Of a stretch of DNA of 64,000 nucleotides, positions 63,817 to 64,000 are shown one piece after another; the first letter of the stretch is position 1, and each line of letters begins with the position of its first letter. The stretch comes from Azolla caroliniana (Eukaryota > Plantae > Polypodiophyta), in contig JBHGNT010000003.1 of the NCBI GenBank assembly GCA_043228905.1, forward strand, positions 19,468,001 to 19,532,000. Reading direction: 5' to 3'. The notes below the pieces were generated by a model that saw nothing but the letters and a program-made list of their open reading frames with translations, made no database searches and was not told the DNA's origin. The position numbers and the translations under genes are program-made.

Positions 63817-64000
63817 AGGGGGAGTTTGTTGGGATTACGGTCCCTCCGGATGGGATGGTCAGATGTCCGGGAATCGGGAATGAAGACCCGAATGAGGAGT
63901 ACCCGGTATCGGAACCGGATGATGAAGACCCGGTTTCGGATCTGGATGATGAAGACCCCGGCTACGGAGCCGGATGACGAAGACCCGGTTTCGGAGCCGG

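Larger units (their letters stand above)
58935..64000 (+). mobile_element. copia element E (same family as 1-3868); 3' LTR runs off the window
   Basis: 5' LTR 58935-59711 (TGTTGGGA...TCCCAACA). iMet PBS at 59715-59726. PPT before the 3' LTR, which starts at 63827. Confidence 0.96.

Noticed and set aside
1-64000. Large inverted duplication suggested by the same copia and gypsy families at both window ends
   Set aside because: The insertion sites, nesting order and LTR variants differ, so these are independent insertions.

Overview
Eukaryotic plant nuclear DNA; probably a seedless vascular plant such as a fern (inference from the TE lineages and CATA microsatellites). A two-gene island holds a WEB/DUF827 coiled-coil gene (+, 13631-15701) and an MRS2/MGT magnesium transporter (-, 21574-18182), tail to tail, with a Mutator-like MITE between them. 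Two deep retrotransposon nests flank it. Left nest (1-12575): a young Tnt1-like copia inside a tRNA-Trp-primed gypsy, itself inside a copia LTR inside a copia RNase H remnant, plus a second Trp-primed gypsy inside a hAT-like MITE. Right side (24458-64000): a near full-length L1 LINE with a 16-bp TSD; an old copia broken by another copia and by an unusual 3.17-kb LTR element; an RTEX-like LINE; two Tcn1-type chromoviruses; a complete Trp-primed gypsy with a 4-bp TSD; and a second Tnt1-like copia. The most unusual item is the 38428-41597 element. It has no gag/pol, one long coiled-coil ORF, no polypurine tract, and tRNA-Arg-type primer-site motifs in inverted orientation inside both LTRs. Also notable: a tRNA-like A/B-box module at a chromovirus LTR end, and two -1 frameshift signals with stem-loop or pseudoknot structure. 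All calls were read by eye, and no database search was run.
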